From Archaeoglobus fulgidus DSM 4304 (GTDB taxonomy: Archaea; Halobacteriota; Archaeoglobi; Archaeoglobales; Archaeoglobaceae), in the NCBI RefSeq assembly GCF_000008665.1, contig NC_000917.1, positions 690,001 to 722,000 on the forward strand: a stretch of DNA of 32,000 nt, written 5' to 3'. Positions 8,074 through 16,679 of this stretch are shown one piece after another (position 1 is the stretch's first letter; each line of letters starts with the position of its first letter). The position numbers were made by a program, and so were the translations under genes. Under the pieces are notes generated by a model that was given only the letters and a program-made list of their open reading frames with translations, was not told where the DNA came from and did no database searches.

Positions 8074-8651
8074 TTCCCTGCCCGAGCTGCGGAAGGGAGC
8101 TGAGGGCGGTAGTATCAACCTACGACGTTCCGTTTTTCGGCAAGGTTCTTCTCACGTCGATTAGCTGTGAGTGCGGTTTCAGACACGCGGATTCCGTTGT
8201 TCTCGGAGAAAAGGACCCGGTGAGATACATCATAAAAATAAACAGGGAGAACCTCTTCACCAAGGTTATAAGGTCCACTTCAGGAACCATACGCATTCCC
8301 GAAATCGGGGTGGCAATTGAGCCCGGCCCGGCAAGCCAGGCCTTCATCACAAACCTCGAAGGCGTGCTGGACAGGGTGGAGGGTGTTGTTAGAACAGCCA
8401 TGCGCTGGAACTCCGATGACGAGGAGAAGGTGAGGAGGTGCGAGTGGATTCTCGAAAGAATCAGAAACACGATTGACGGAGACGAGGAGCTCACTCTCAT
8501 TCTTGAGGACCCCTTCGGTAACAGCCTAATCGTTTCGGACGAGGCTTTCAAGGAGATAATGTCCAAGGAGGAGGCTCAGAGGCTCAAAACCGGGATGACC
8601 ATAATCGATATAACCGGAATGAGCGAGGAGGAGCTGGAGGATTTAGTCTGA
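8070..8651 (+). CDS. ZPR1-related zinc-finger protein
   Basis: 193 aa. 'CPSCG...(24 aa)...CECG' zinc ribbon followed by a ZPR1-type beta domain ('TSGTIRIPEIGVAIEPGPASQAFITNLEGVL'). ATGA overlap with sepF. Confidence 0.75.
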   Translation: MIPCPSCGRELRAVVSTYDVPFFGKVLLTSISCECGFRHADSVVLGEKDPVRYIIKINRENLFTKVIRSTSGTIRIPEIGVAIEPGPASQAFITNLEGVLDRVEGVVRTAMRWNSDDEEKVRRCEWILERIRNTIDGDEELTLILEDPFGNSLIVSDEAFKEIMSKEEAQRLKTGMTIIDITGMSEEELEDLV

Positions 8652-8891
8652 GTTTAACCTTTTTATCTCATCCAGCAGCTGCTGGTGCTTTTCCTTCAAA
8701 TCCTTTTCAAGCTCTTCATCGCTGATTTGCTTCACTCCGTAAATGTACTCAAGCTCGATCATTCTCATGGCCTTCTTGTACTCTCCGTAAAGCTTTCCGA
8801 GCTCTCTGGCGAAATCCGTTAGCTTTTCCGGGCCGAGCAGTATTATCGCTCCTATTATTATGATCGCCATCTCGCCCCATCCGAGCATCAA
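8643..8891 (-). CDS. tatA: Twin-arginine translocase subunit TatA/E
   Basis: 82 aa. 'GEMAIIIIGAIILLGPEKLTDFARELGK' is the TatA TM-hinge-amphipathic helix signature. Confidence 0.8.
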   Translation of the reverse strand: MMLGWGEMAIIIIGAIILLGPEKLTDFARELGKLYGEYKKAMRMIELEYIYGVKQISDEELEKDLKEKHQQLLDEIKRLNSD

Positions 8892-8959
8892 TTTCTGTAG
8901 TCTGGGAACTATTAATAACTTTGCCTCTTGCTGTTGGAGAGAGCGCAGCGTCGTATATC

Positions 8960-9901
8960 CTAGCCCGCCAAAATCGAGAGGAAGAGCAGAGCGATAAGAA
9001 GGAGGGTGAGGGCAATGAGCGACCTTGCAAGATACGCTCTTGCTACCTTTTTCTCGTAGTACCTCTCCGCTCTTATGCCCGAAACGTAAACTCCAGCCAA
9101 GCTTCCCGCCATCAATCCGGCTACGTTCTGAAGGGTGAGAGTCAGCGATTTCACGGCAAGAGGAGGGCTGATAACGAGAAGAATCCCAGTAGCCACTGCC
9201 GGAGGTAGCAGAGAGGCTGAAACAGCGACACCTGCTAGGCTTTCCAATATTCCCCTGCTAAGGGAAAGAATTGAGGCAAACCCAAGAAGGACTGCAAGAA
9301 GCTCGTAAACTGGGCTTACCTCCGTTCTCAGCAGAATTTCCGGTGTTAGCTGAAGGGGATGGACGAGACCAATCATCATCGCAAAAAGCGTAGAAAAGAC
9401 CATGGTGAGGAAAAGATCAAAAAGGAGGTTAAGAGCGCTTCTGAAGGCAAGTTTTACGTATCCAACGGAAAGATTGACGGCAAAACCGTGTATCGGACCG
9501 AGAAGAGGGGCAAGGAGCATCGCTCCGATGACTATAACGGCGTTGTTCATAATGAGGCCCGAGAGGGCGATGACGCCTGCAATGGCCGTTACCACGCTTC
9601 TTCCGGGATTGAGGCTAGCATACGATTTTGTCATCTCAACAAGCTTCTCAACCGGAGTCTTTTCCTCCGCCTTTTCCCTCCTCGAAGCGGGGGAGATGAC
9701 GAACTCAGGTTTGTAAACCTCGATTATGCTCTCCTTGTATCTCAGGTCAAGCTTATCCTTAATTCTGCTAACCAATTCCTCCGTTTCACTGTCCTGAACG
9801 TATAGCTCGATTCTGTCATCGTAAATGAAAGCTCTATCTCCCAATTCCCTCGCTATCTCCTCTAGGTCTTCCTTCCTCCCCCTGACTATGATTTTTCTCA
9901 T
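8960..9901 (-). CDS. DUF389 / TIGR00341-type integral membrane protein with an N-terminal soluble domain
   Basis: The ORF track gives 8960..9988. I prefer the ATG at 9901 ('MRKIIVRG'), which forms an ATGA overlap with the corA stop. The hallmark 'VIGAMLLAPLLGPIHG' and about 6 TM segments are present. Confidence 0.7.
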   Translation of the reverse strand: MRKIIVRGRKEDLEEIARELGDRAFIYDDRIELYVQDSETEELVSRIKDKLDLRYKESIIEVYKPEFVISPASRREKAEEKTPVEKLVEMTKSYASLNPGRSVVTAIAGVIALSGLIMNNAVIVIGAMLLAPLLGPIHGFAVNLSVGYVKLAFRSALNLLFDLFLTMVFSTLFAMMIGLVHPLQLTPEILLRTEVSPVYELLAVLLGFASILSLSRGILESLAGVAVSASLLPPAVATGILLVISPPLAVKSLTLTLQNVAGLMAGSLAGVYVSGIRAERYYEKKVARAYLARSLIALTLLLIALLFLSILAG

Positions 9902-10953
9902 AACCACCCCTTCCTCCTGAAGAAGGCAATCATTACCAGTGCGATGACGGCCATAACTGTCAGAACGGCCGGATACCCGTACTTCCACTCCAGCTCAGGC
10001 ATGTACTTAAAATTCATCCCATAAACACCCGCAATGAAGCTCAGGGGAATGAATATGGTCGCAATCATAGTGAGCACCTTCATTATCTCGTTGAGCTTGT
10101 TGCTGACCGCTGACAGAAATAAGTCTCTCAAGCTCACCAGCAGCTCTCTCTGCGTCTCAAGAACCTCCATGAGTCGAACAGCGTGGTCGTAAACGTCCCT
10201 GTAATACACCTTTACCTCCTCACCTATAAGCTCGTGCTCAACTCTGGTAAAGAAGCTGAGAACATCTCTTAGGGGCCATACGGCGTTTCTGAAGGCAAGT
10301 ATTTCCCTCTTCAGGCTGTGAATCTTCCCGATGAGTGTGCTGTCCCCAGAAACAACCTCATCCTCCAACACCTCAATCTCATCCGAAATTTTCAGAAGTG
10401 CTTCGAAGTAGCTGTCAACAACCGCGTCGAGTATGGTATAGGCAAGATAATCGCCAGCGAGCTTTCTCATTCTCCCCCCGGACTTAAGCCTTGAGCGGAT
10501 GGAGTCGAGAATCCAGTACTCTCTTTCTTCAAACGTCGCCACAAGGTTTTTCTTCAAAACCAGGCTGAGCTGGTCAATTTCAAGGGTCTCGTTGTAAAGC
10601 AGAATTTTAAGTACAAGAAAAAGGTGGTCGTCGTAGTCTTCAATTTTTACCCTCTGGGCTGTGTTGAGAATGTCCTCAGCAGCGAGAGGGTGGATTCCCA
10701 GGAATTCGCAGATTTTAGCGATAAGACTTTCATCGTGAACACCAACGACATCAATCCAGAGCTTTTTATTGAGTGCGAGCGCGCTTCTGACCACACTTTC
10801 AAGCTCCCCCACCTCTAGCTCCTTAAACTCCACCGATTTCTCGTCGTAAATTGCCGCAGTAATTTTAGTTTCCTCAACTTTCTTTTCGCCGGTGAAGACG
10901 GGAGTTGCGGGTGGAAGGGCCATCTTCTTTTTGATTGTCGCTGGAATCCGCAT
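9898..10953 (-). CDS. corA: Magnesium/cobalt transporter CorA
   Basis: 351 aa. Large cytoplasmic domain, then two C-terminal TM helices with the 'YGMNF' (GMN) motif. Confidence 0.9.
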   Translation of the reverse strand: MRIPATIKKKMALPPATPVFTGEKKVEETKITAAIYDEKSVEFKELEVGELESVVRSALALNKKLWIDVVGVHDESLIAKICEFLGIHPLAAEDILNTAQRVKIEDYDDHLFLVLKILLYNETLEIDQLSLVLKKNLVATFEEREYWILDSIRSRLKSGGRMRKLAGDYLAYTILDAVVDSYFEALLKISDEIEVLEDEVVSGDSTLIGKIHSLKREILAFRNAVWPLRDVLSFFTRVEHELIGEEVKVYYRDVYDHAVRLMEVLETQRELLVSLRDLFLSAVSNKLNEIMKVLTMIATIFIPLSFIAGVYGMNFKYMPELEWKYGYPAVLTVMAVIALVMIAFFRRKGWL

Positions 10954-11199
10954 GAATTTTGTTTAATTAATAAAATATAACGCTTTGCTCCAAGATTTTG
11001 GCGAAGTTAATTTTGTAAAGAAGTAGGATGGGATTGAGGGTAAAGAGGTGTGACGGGGAAATATTCCCTGATTTTGAAATTATCGACGGTAACAAGCATT
11101 ACTACCTTGATATCCCGTACAGAGAAGGCGAATCGGTAAAATCGTTGTATTAGAGCTTTAAAAGAAGCTATTACTCGATATGCTCGATATGTATAACTC

Positions 11200-11205
11200 A
11201 AAAAA
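11200..11205 (-). terminator. Oligo-T tract downstream of tRNA-Ser
   Basis: On the minus strand the sequence reads ...GGGGGTATTTTTTGAG immediately 3' of the tRNA. Oligo-T runs are archaeal termination signals. Confidence 0.4.
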
Positions 11206-11214
11206 TACCCCCAG

Positions 11215-11296
11215 CGCCGGGGCTGGGATTTGAACCCAGGAGCCCTTACGGGCACCAGCTCTCAAGGCTGGCGCAGTACCTCTCTGCAACCCCGGC
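11215..11296 (-). tRNA. tRNA-Ser (anticodon UGA), class II with a long variable arm
   Basis: Hand-folded. Acceptor GCCGGGG/CCCCGGC, D stem GCAG/CTGC, anticodon stem CCAGC/GCTGG with loop CT-TGA-GA, variable arm GCCC-GTAA-GGGC, T arm CTGGG-TTCAAAT-CCCAG, discriminator G. No encoded CCA. Confidence 0.9.
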
Positions 11297-11397
11297 TTTT
11301 TCCAGAAACTAAGATAACGTGTTTATGAACCTTGTGATTATGTAAGTTTCTGGCAAATTCTCCGAAAAAATTATATGTTGGCTGAAATAGAAAGTGC

Positions 11398-12474
11398 ATG
11401 GCTGTTCAACACCACATGCAGGAGGACCCGTTAATTGCTGCTGGTCTCTTCATAATCCTTTTCCTCGTTCTCATTCTTCCGTTTAGAGTCAGAAAAATCG
11501 AAGAGAATCTTGAGCCCTTTTTCCTGATAATGGGAATCGTCGCCGTTACTGTAAGCGGCTTGTGGAGCCTGGAACTAATTATTGAAGCTCTCGAGACGCC
11601 TGTTAGGATAACGGAGGTTATGGGCATCCCGGTGGGTATATTTCAGGTTGTGCTGATCGTCGGATTGATTATCCACTACTACAACAAGCAGGTTTACTCC
11701 TTTCTGGTAGCTGTTCTCAAGAAGCTGGGAATCAAAGTTTTTGCGTTCCTCGTTGTGACAGTTTTCGGTCTTGCTTCTAGCATAATCTCGGTCATAGTTT
11801 CTGCAGTCATACTTGCGGAAATCGCGCTCGTGATGCCCTTAGAAAGAAAGTCGAAAGTTGAGTTCGTGGTTATAGCCTGCTTTGCTGTGGGTTTTGGGGC
11901 TGCGTTAACTCCAGTAGGCGAGCCCCTTTCCACCATAGTCGTTAAGAAGCTCAACGAGGACTTCTTCTACTTAATAGAGCTTGTAGGGGAGTACATCATC
12001 CCGTCGGTGATAATACTGGGAATCTACGCGGCTATGAGAGTGGGTGGTGTTTCCGTTAAGGAAATAGAAATTCCGGAATACACCGAAACTCTGAGAACCG
12101 TTGTGATTAGGGCGGTCAGAGTTTACGTGTTTATCGCGGCATTGGTGCTGCTTGGGGAAGGTTTTACGCCGATCATCTACTGGTACATCTCAAAGATACC
12201 GCCCGAGATAATATACTGGGTAAACATGGTTTCCGCAATCCTCGACAATGCAACGCTCGCCGCAGCTGAAATAGGTCCTCAATTAACCGAGCTGCAGATA
12301 AAGGGCGCTCTGATGGGTCTGATAATCTCGGGAGGTATGCTGATCCCCGGAAACATTCCGAACATCGTCGTTGCGGGAAGGCTGAGGATTACGATGGGTG
12401 AGTGGGCGAGGATAGGCGTTCCCTTAGGGTTGATTATGATGACAATTTTCTTCGTAATAATATATGTTCTCTAA
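11398..12474 (+). CDS. Polytopic membrane protein, putative cation transporter (DUF1646-like)
   Basis: 358 aa with about 10 predicted TM segments. The family name is recalled from memory. No diagnostic catalytic motif was recognised. Confidence 0.55.
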   Translation: MAVQHHMQEDPLIAAGLFIILFLVLILPFRVRKIEENLEPFFLIMGIVAVTVSGLWSLELIIEALETPVRITEVMGIPVGIFQVVLIVGLIIHYYNKQVYSFLVAVLKKLGIKVFAFLVVTVFGLASSIISVIVSAVILAEIALVMPLERKSKVEFVVIACFAVGFGAALTPVGEPLSTIVVKKLNEDFFYLIELVGEYIIPSVIILGIYAAMRVGGVSVKEIEIPEYTETLRTVVIRAVRVYVFIAALVLLGEGFTPIIYWYISKIPPEIIYWVNMVSAILDNATLAAAEIGPQLTELQIKGALMGLIISGGMLIPGNIPNIVVAGRLRITMGEWARIGVPLGLIMMTIFFVIIYVL

Positions 12475-12512
12475 AAGTTAGCTTTATAAAACAACAGGGA
12501 GGGGCTGAGGGA

Positions 12513-13328
12513 GTGAAGCGTCTCTATGCTGACCTTGGGCTGGCTCTGGTCGCCTTAATCTGGGGCTCCACATTCCCGGTAGTAAAGATAGCCCTGGACA
12601 GCATGTCGCCCTTCGCCTTCAACACGGTAAGGTTTTTCATAGCGTGTCTTTTCTTCCTCCCCTTCCTCAAGGGTTGGGATTTTAAGGACGGTTTTAAAAT
12701 CGGAATAGCGTCCTTCCTTGGATACACTTTCCAGACTGTAGGGCTCGACTACACCACCGCAACCAACGCTGGCTTCATAACCTCAACCTACGTCGTTCTC
12801 GCCCCCATCATCTCATGGCTTGTGTACAAGGATGTTTTCGACAAAAGGGATGTTTCAGGAGTTTTGCTCGCCTTCGTAGGGTTCTACTTTCTTTCAGGGT
12901 ACTCGGGCTTCAACATCGGAGACATCCTGATGCTCTTCTGCGCCCTCTTTTTTGGAGCGGAGATTGCAATGATTTCCCATTACTCTCGCCTCAGCAATCC
13001 CACGATGCTGGCATTCTGGCAGTCCTTCGCCATTTTCATTCTCTCCGCTCCCTTTGCTGTTTTCACAACCACCAAATTCGAGATAAACACAACCGTCATT
13101 CTATGCCTCCTCATCACAGCATTCTTCGCAACTTTCGTGGCAAAAATGCTACAGAACTGGCTTCAGAGCTACACCAAATCCTCCGATGCGGCTGTTATTC
13201 TGTCCCTCGAAGGGGTTTTCGCCCATCTTTTCAGCGTTGCAGTTCTGGCGGAGATTCTAACACCGGTGCAGTACTTTGGCGCATTTTTAATATTGCTGGC
13301 AGTAATCATCGTTTCTCTCAGAGTATAG
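12513..13328 (+). CDS. EamA/DMT-superfamily permease
   Basis: The ORF track starts at 12402, inside the upstream gene. I prefer the GTG at 12513, preceded by GGGAGGGG. 'ALIWGSTFPVVKIAL' and the two-fold 5-TM repeat are typical of EamA. Confidence 0.75.
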   Translation: MKRLYADLGLALVALIWGSTFPVVKIALDSMSPFAFNTVRFFIACLFFLPFLKGWDFKDGFKIGIASFLGYTFQTVGLDYTTATNAGFITSTYVVLAPIISWLVYKDVFDKRDVSGVLLAFVGFYFLSGYSGFNIGDILMLFCALFFGAEIAMISHYSRLSNPTMLAFWQSFAIFILSAPFAVFTTTKFEINTTVILCLLITAFFATFVAKMLQNWLQSYTKSSDAAVILSLEGVFAHLFSVAVLAEILTPVQYFGAFLILLAVIIVSLRV

Positions 13329-13404
13329 CCTCTAAGTCTGAGCATTTTTGAAATACCGCAATCTTCATATAGTTTGAAAACAAAGATAAAATTGGGGTGA
13401 TAGT

Positions 13405-13731
13405 ATGGGTGTGCACAGAATCACGAGCGAGGCTGCAAAGTATTACGCCCAGAGGGAGAAGGTTGTTGGAGCAGGGGTTTCTCTCCTCGGCGAGGCGAGC
13501 ATGAACCTCGACAAGCTCAGCAAGGAGCAGCTTGAAAAACTTGGAGATTTGGCAGCAAAACTCCTCCCCCACTCTCCGGGTTACGCGGGCAAGATGATGC
13601 CCATTGTAGCGAGGCTTTTCTGGAGACTTGCTGGAGTGGGAGAAAAGGAGTTCGGATTTGCTGAGCTCGACGAGCTCGAAAAGGAGATAGAGAGGCTAAA
13701 AGAGGAGCTGGGATTTAACTCTCAGCAATAA
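13405..13731 (+). CDS. Hypothetical small protein
   Basis: 108 aa with SD 'GGGGTGATAGT' before the ATG. Helical, with a coiled-coil-like C-terminus. No family recognised. Confidence 0.5.
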   Translation: MGVHRITSEAAKYYAQREKVVGAGVSLLGEASMNLDKLSKEQLEKLGDLAAKLLPHSPGYAGKMMPIVARLFWRLAGVGEKEFGFAELDELEKEIERLKEELGFNSQQ

Positions 13732-14269
13732 AGCAAACAAAGTCGTTTTCGTCGTACTTAAGCTTTCTTCTCCTTATTTCTTTGACCTTGAAGCCCGTCT
13801 CACGAAGCATTGAGAGAACCTCGTCTTCTGTTAAAAATCTCGCTTTTCTGTAGAAGGAGCTGTCCTTCCCAGAGTACTCCCTCCCCAAGCCGGAGTTCGC
13901 AGGAACCACGCATGCCACAAGAGTGCCTTCGAGAACTCTCTTGATTTCCATTAGAGCCTTAATCGGCTCGTCAAGAAAGCAGAGGGTGAAGATGAGGTAT
14001 GCGGAGCGAAAGGATTTATCTTTGAAGGGCAAATGAGCAGCATCTCCTGCAACGCACTCGACCCCCCTCTTTTTAGCAATTCTCAGCATTTGGAGCGAGA
14101 CGTCAACTCCGAGATCAATGCCTATTACCGCAAACCTTCCTGTTCCAACTCCAACCTCCACAGAAGGAGAAATCGGTTTGGGAAGCAGTTCCAGCTCTGC
14201 TTCGTAAAGCTCCCTGTTTCTATCGTACCACGCATCGTACCTCTCGGCATTTCTGTTAAAGACGTCCAT
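13715..14269 (-). CDS. Class I SAM-dependent methyltransferase
   Basis: 184 aa. Motif I 'VEVGVGTGRFA' and a post-I acidic 'GVD'. Layout resembles the Methyltransf_11 type. Confidence 0.8.
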   Translation of the reverse strand: MDVFNRNAERYDAWYDRNRELYEAELELLPKPISPSVEVGVGTGRFAVIGIDLGVDVSLQMLRIAKKRGVECVAGDAAHLPFKDKSFRSAYLIFTLCFLDEPIKALMEIKRVLEGTLVACVVPANSGLGREYSGKDSSFYRKARFLTEDEVLSMLRETGFKVKEIRRRKLKYDENDFVCFIAES

Positions 14270-14366
14270 TGACTTCAGTTAAACCAAGTGTTTTATTTAT
14301 TCCCCTATCGCTCTCCACTCTTACCTCTCGGAAAAAAATAAGTATGGTTCAATTCAAAAAAACTCA

Positions 14367-15311
14367 ATGGACGTGACCATCGCTCTCGTTGCAGCACTTG
14401 CAATAGCCTTTGCAATTGGCTCCAACGATACCTGCAACTCCTTTGGAATCTGTGTGGGATGCGGTCTGCTTACGATGAAAAGGGCTGCGTACATTCTTTT
14501 CCTGCTGGTGTTTGCAGGAATGCTGTTTGGCAGCGGCAGAATAATGGACACTGTGGGCAGAGAGATGGTTGAGCTCAACGAGATTGTTGTTTCCGTCTCT
14601 CTGATTATCTCCTCAGCTGCCATCGTTGCGGCTAACTACCTCCGCACACCGGTTTCAAGCCATCAGGCCATAGTAATGAGCCTTATCGGCTCGGCCTTTG
14701 CTCTCGGAAACAGAATTGATGTAAGTACGGTGGCGAAAATCGTCCTGTCGTGGGTTATTTCACCCTTTGGAGCGCTCCTTCTTTCAATTGTCTTTTACTG
14801 GATTATGGAAAGAACTCTCGCAAAGCTCCCCGCCTTAAGAGTTGAGAGAGTCCTTAGAGTTCTGCTATTTATCGGTGCGACTGTTATTGGCTTTAACACC
14901 GGCGCCAATGAGCTCGCAACCGCCCTCGCCCCCATAGTGATGTTCGGAGTGATGAACGTGTTTGAAGCAGCACTCCTCGGCTCTGCAATGCTTTTTCTCG
15001 GTGCGTGGATTGTCAGCGTAAGAGTGGCTGAGGTTGTCGGGAAGGGAATAACAGCCCTCGACCCATTTACGGGGTTTGCCGCGCAGTTTGCGGCTGGAAT
15101 AACGGTTTTACTCTTCACACTCATCGGAATGCCCGTCTCCACAACATACTGCACCGTCGGTGCGGTAACTGGAGTTGGGCTCTACAAGAGTGTTAGGGGT
15201 GTCAAATTTGCATTCCTGAAAAGAATTGTTGCAAGCTGGATTTTAACGCCATTTACGGCCTTCACCTTAAGCTTTATTTTGACTTTGCTTCTCTCTCAAC
15301 AAGCTTTTTGA
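14367..15311 (+). CDS. PiT-family inorganic phosphate (or sulfate) transporter
   Basis: 314 aa. Duplicated PiT signature 'AFAIGSNDTCNSFG' and 'GFNTGANELATALAP'. Confidence 0.85.
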   Translation: MDVTIALVAALAIAFAIGSNDTCNSFGICVGCGLLTMKRAAYILFLLVFAGMLFGSGRIMDTVGREMVELNEIVVSVSLIISSAAIVAANYLRTPVSSHQAIVMSLIGSAFALGNRIDVSTVAKIVLSWVISPFGALLLSIVFYWIMERTLAKLPALRVERVLRVLLFIGATVIGFNTGANELATALAPIVMFGVMNVFEAALLGSAMLFLGAWIVSVRVAEVVGKGITALDPFTGFAAQFAAGITVLLFTLIGMPVSTTYCTVGAVTGVGLYKSVRGVKFAFLKRIVASWILTPFTAFTLSFILTLLLSQQAF

Positions 15312-15972
15312 ACCTCAGCGCATCGTCGAACATGTGGACGTTGTTGAACATAACGTAGCCGTCCCTGTCAACTATCCCGAGCAGCTTTTCAAGCTCATCA
15401 TCGGTGTACTTGTGCTTGTAATCAAATCCGTGAAGCCTGTAGTAGCAGATTTCCCCGTAAAGCTGCTTGGAGACAAAGGGGTCAACGACGTGGACTAAAT
15501 CAAGCTCCTCGCATATTGCCCTTACGCTCTCCTCGCTCCAGCCTCTCGGTTCAAAGCAAAAGGTAAAACTTCCGTCAATGCTGCTGAAAAAAGCCCGCAT
15601 GTTTTCCATGTTCTCAGCAGTATCTCTGAAGCTCTTCGGCGTTTGAAAGACGATTATTTCGGCCTTTAGAGCTTTTGCAATCTTCTTAGTCTCCTCCCAA
15701 GCCATAAAAACAACTTCTGTCGGTCTGAAGAAGCCGCAGTTTTCGAACTTGATTCCCGCTTTTTTGTAGGTGGGACTGCTTGGAGGGTGGGTGATTACCT
15801 GCCACGCCTTTATGGTGAACTCAAAATCTTCAGGGGCAGATTTTCTCCACTTTTCAGCGGTTTTGACTTCCGGCGGCTTGTAAAAAGTCTTCTGAACCTC
15901 AACCACGTCAAACGTTTCAAAGTACCTTTTCATCGAAACCGGGAAGCCGCAGCATCCCACTTTCAGCTCCAT
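15274..15972 (-). CDS. DUF72 (UPF0759) family protein
   Basis: The ORF track gives 15274..16047. I prefer the ATG at 15972 ('MELKVGCCGF'), which leaves room for divergent promoters. 'FDVVEVQKTFYKPP...W....PEDFEFTIKAWQVITH' matches the DUF72 pattern. Confidence 0.75.
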   Translation of the reverse strand: MELKVGCCGFPVSMKRYFETFDVVEVQKTFYKPPEVKTAEKWRKSAPEDFEFTIKAWQVITHPPSSPTYKKAGIKFENCGFFRPTEVVFMAWEETKKIAKALKAEIIVFQTPKSFRDTAENMENMRAFFSSIDGSFTFCFEPRGWSEESVRAICEELDLVHVVDPFVSKQLYGEICYYRLHGFDYKHKYTDDELEKLLGIVDRDGYVMFNNVHMFDDALRFKKLVEREAKSK

Positions 15973-16055
15973 ACTGTTTGTTAATACGCGAGTATTTAAT
16001 GTTGGGCTACCCATAGACAGGCAAAAGATATATACGTCTGACATCAAGTATCAGC

Positions 16056-16679
16056 ATGGAGGTAATCACAAATCCCGATAGCTTTCTGAGAAAAAGGCTT
16101 GAAAGGGGATTTGGCGAGGCTCTGGCCGTTGTCGTAATTGCCGCTCTGCTCTCGTCTCTTGCTTCATACATTGTGGCTCCAATGGTGCTTGAGGCCGTGA
16201 GAGAGCAGATTGCGGAGGTTGGAACGTTAACTGAAGAGCAGATTAAGGCGATGCTTCAGATAACCTACTACGGAATGCTGATAACTCCCTTCTTCACGAC
16301 GCTCATCTTCTGGATTTTAATCTCCGGCATTCTCCACATACTTTCGGCAGTTTTCGGAGGAGAGGGTAGTTTCAGCAATCTCGCCAAGCTTGTTGCATAC
16401 TCTTACATTTCCGTCATAGTCCTAAGCCCGATATCGATTTATCTCAGCTACGAAACGAGTCAGCAGATGCTCTACGGAATAAAAAGCTCTCTACTGCCAA
16501 ACACGATTCTCGGAGTTGCAACCGCATTATGGCAGGCAGTTTATTGGACCTTTGCCGTTAAAAATGCGAGAAATCTGAATTTAAAATACTCTGCCATCGT
16601 GGCCGGGATAGTCTTCACTGGATACTTTTTGCTGACTGCATCCTCTCTGATTTTTTCATCTCTCTCAGAGACTCCCTGA
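16056..16679 (+). CDS. Yip1-domain-like membrane protein
   Basis: 207 aa with five TM segments after a short soluble N-terminus. The layout is Yip1/DUF1282-like (from memory). Confidence 0.5.
   Translation: MEVITNPDSFLRKRLERGFGEALAVVVIAALLSSLASYIVAPMVLEAVREQIAEVGTLTEEQIKAMLQITYYGMLITPFFTTLIFWILISGILHILSAVFGGEGSFSNLAKLVAYSYISVIVLSPISIYLSYETSQQMLYGIKSSLLPNTILGVATALWQAVYWTFAVKNARNLNLKYSAIVAGIVFTGYFLLTASSLIFSSLSETP

Noticed and set aside
9902-9988. 5' extensions of ORF-track models (8960-9988, 12402-13328, 15274-16047, 23560-24204, 27638-28738)
   Set aside because: The extensions overlap neighbouring genes or promoter/TATA regions and encode implausible sequence. Internal starts with SD sequences or ATGA coupling (9901, 12513, 15972, 23728, 28573) fit better.
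11007-11255. 82-codon minus-strand ORF
   Set aside because: Its 5' part is the tRNA-Ser gene read as protein, and the rest is AT-rich intergenic DNA.
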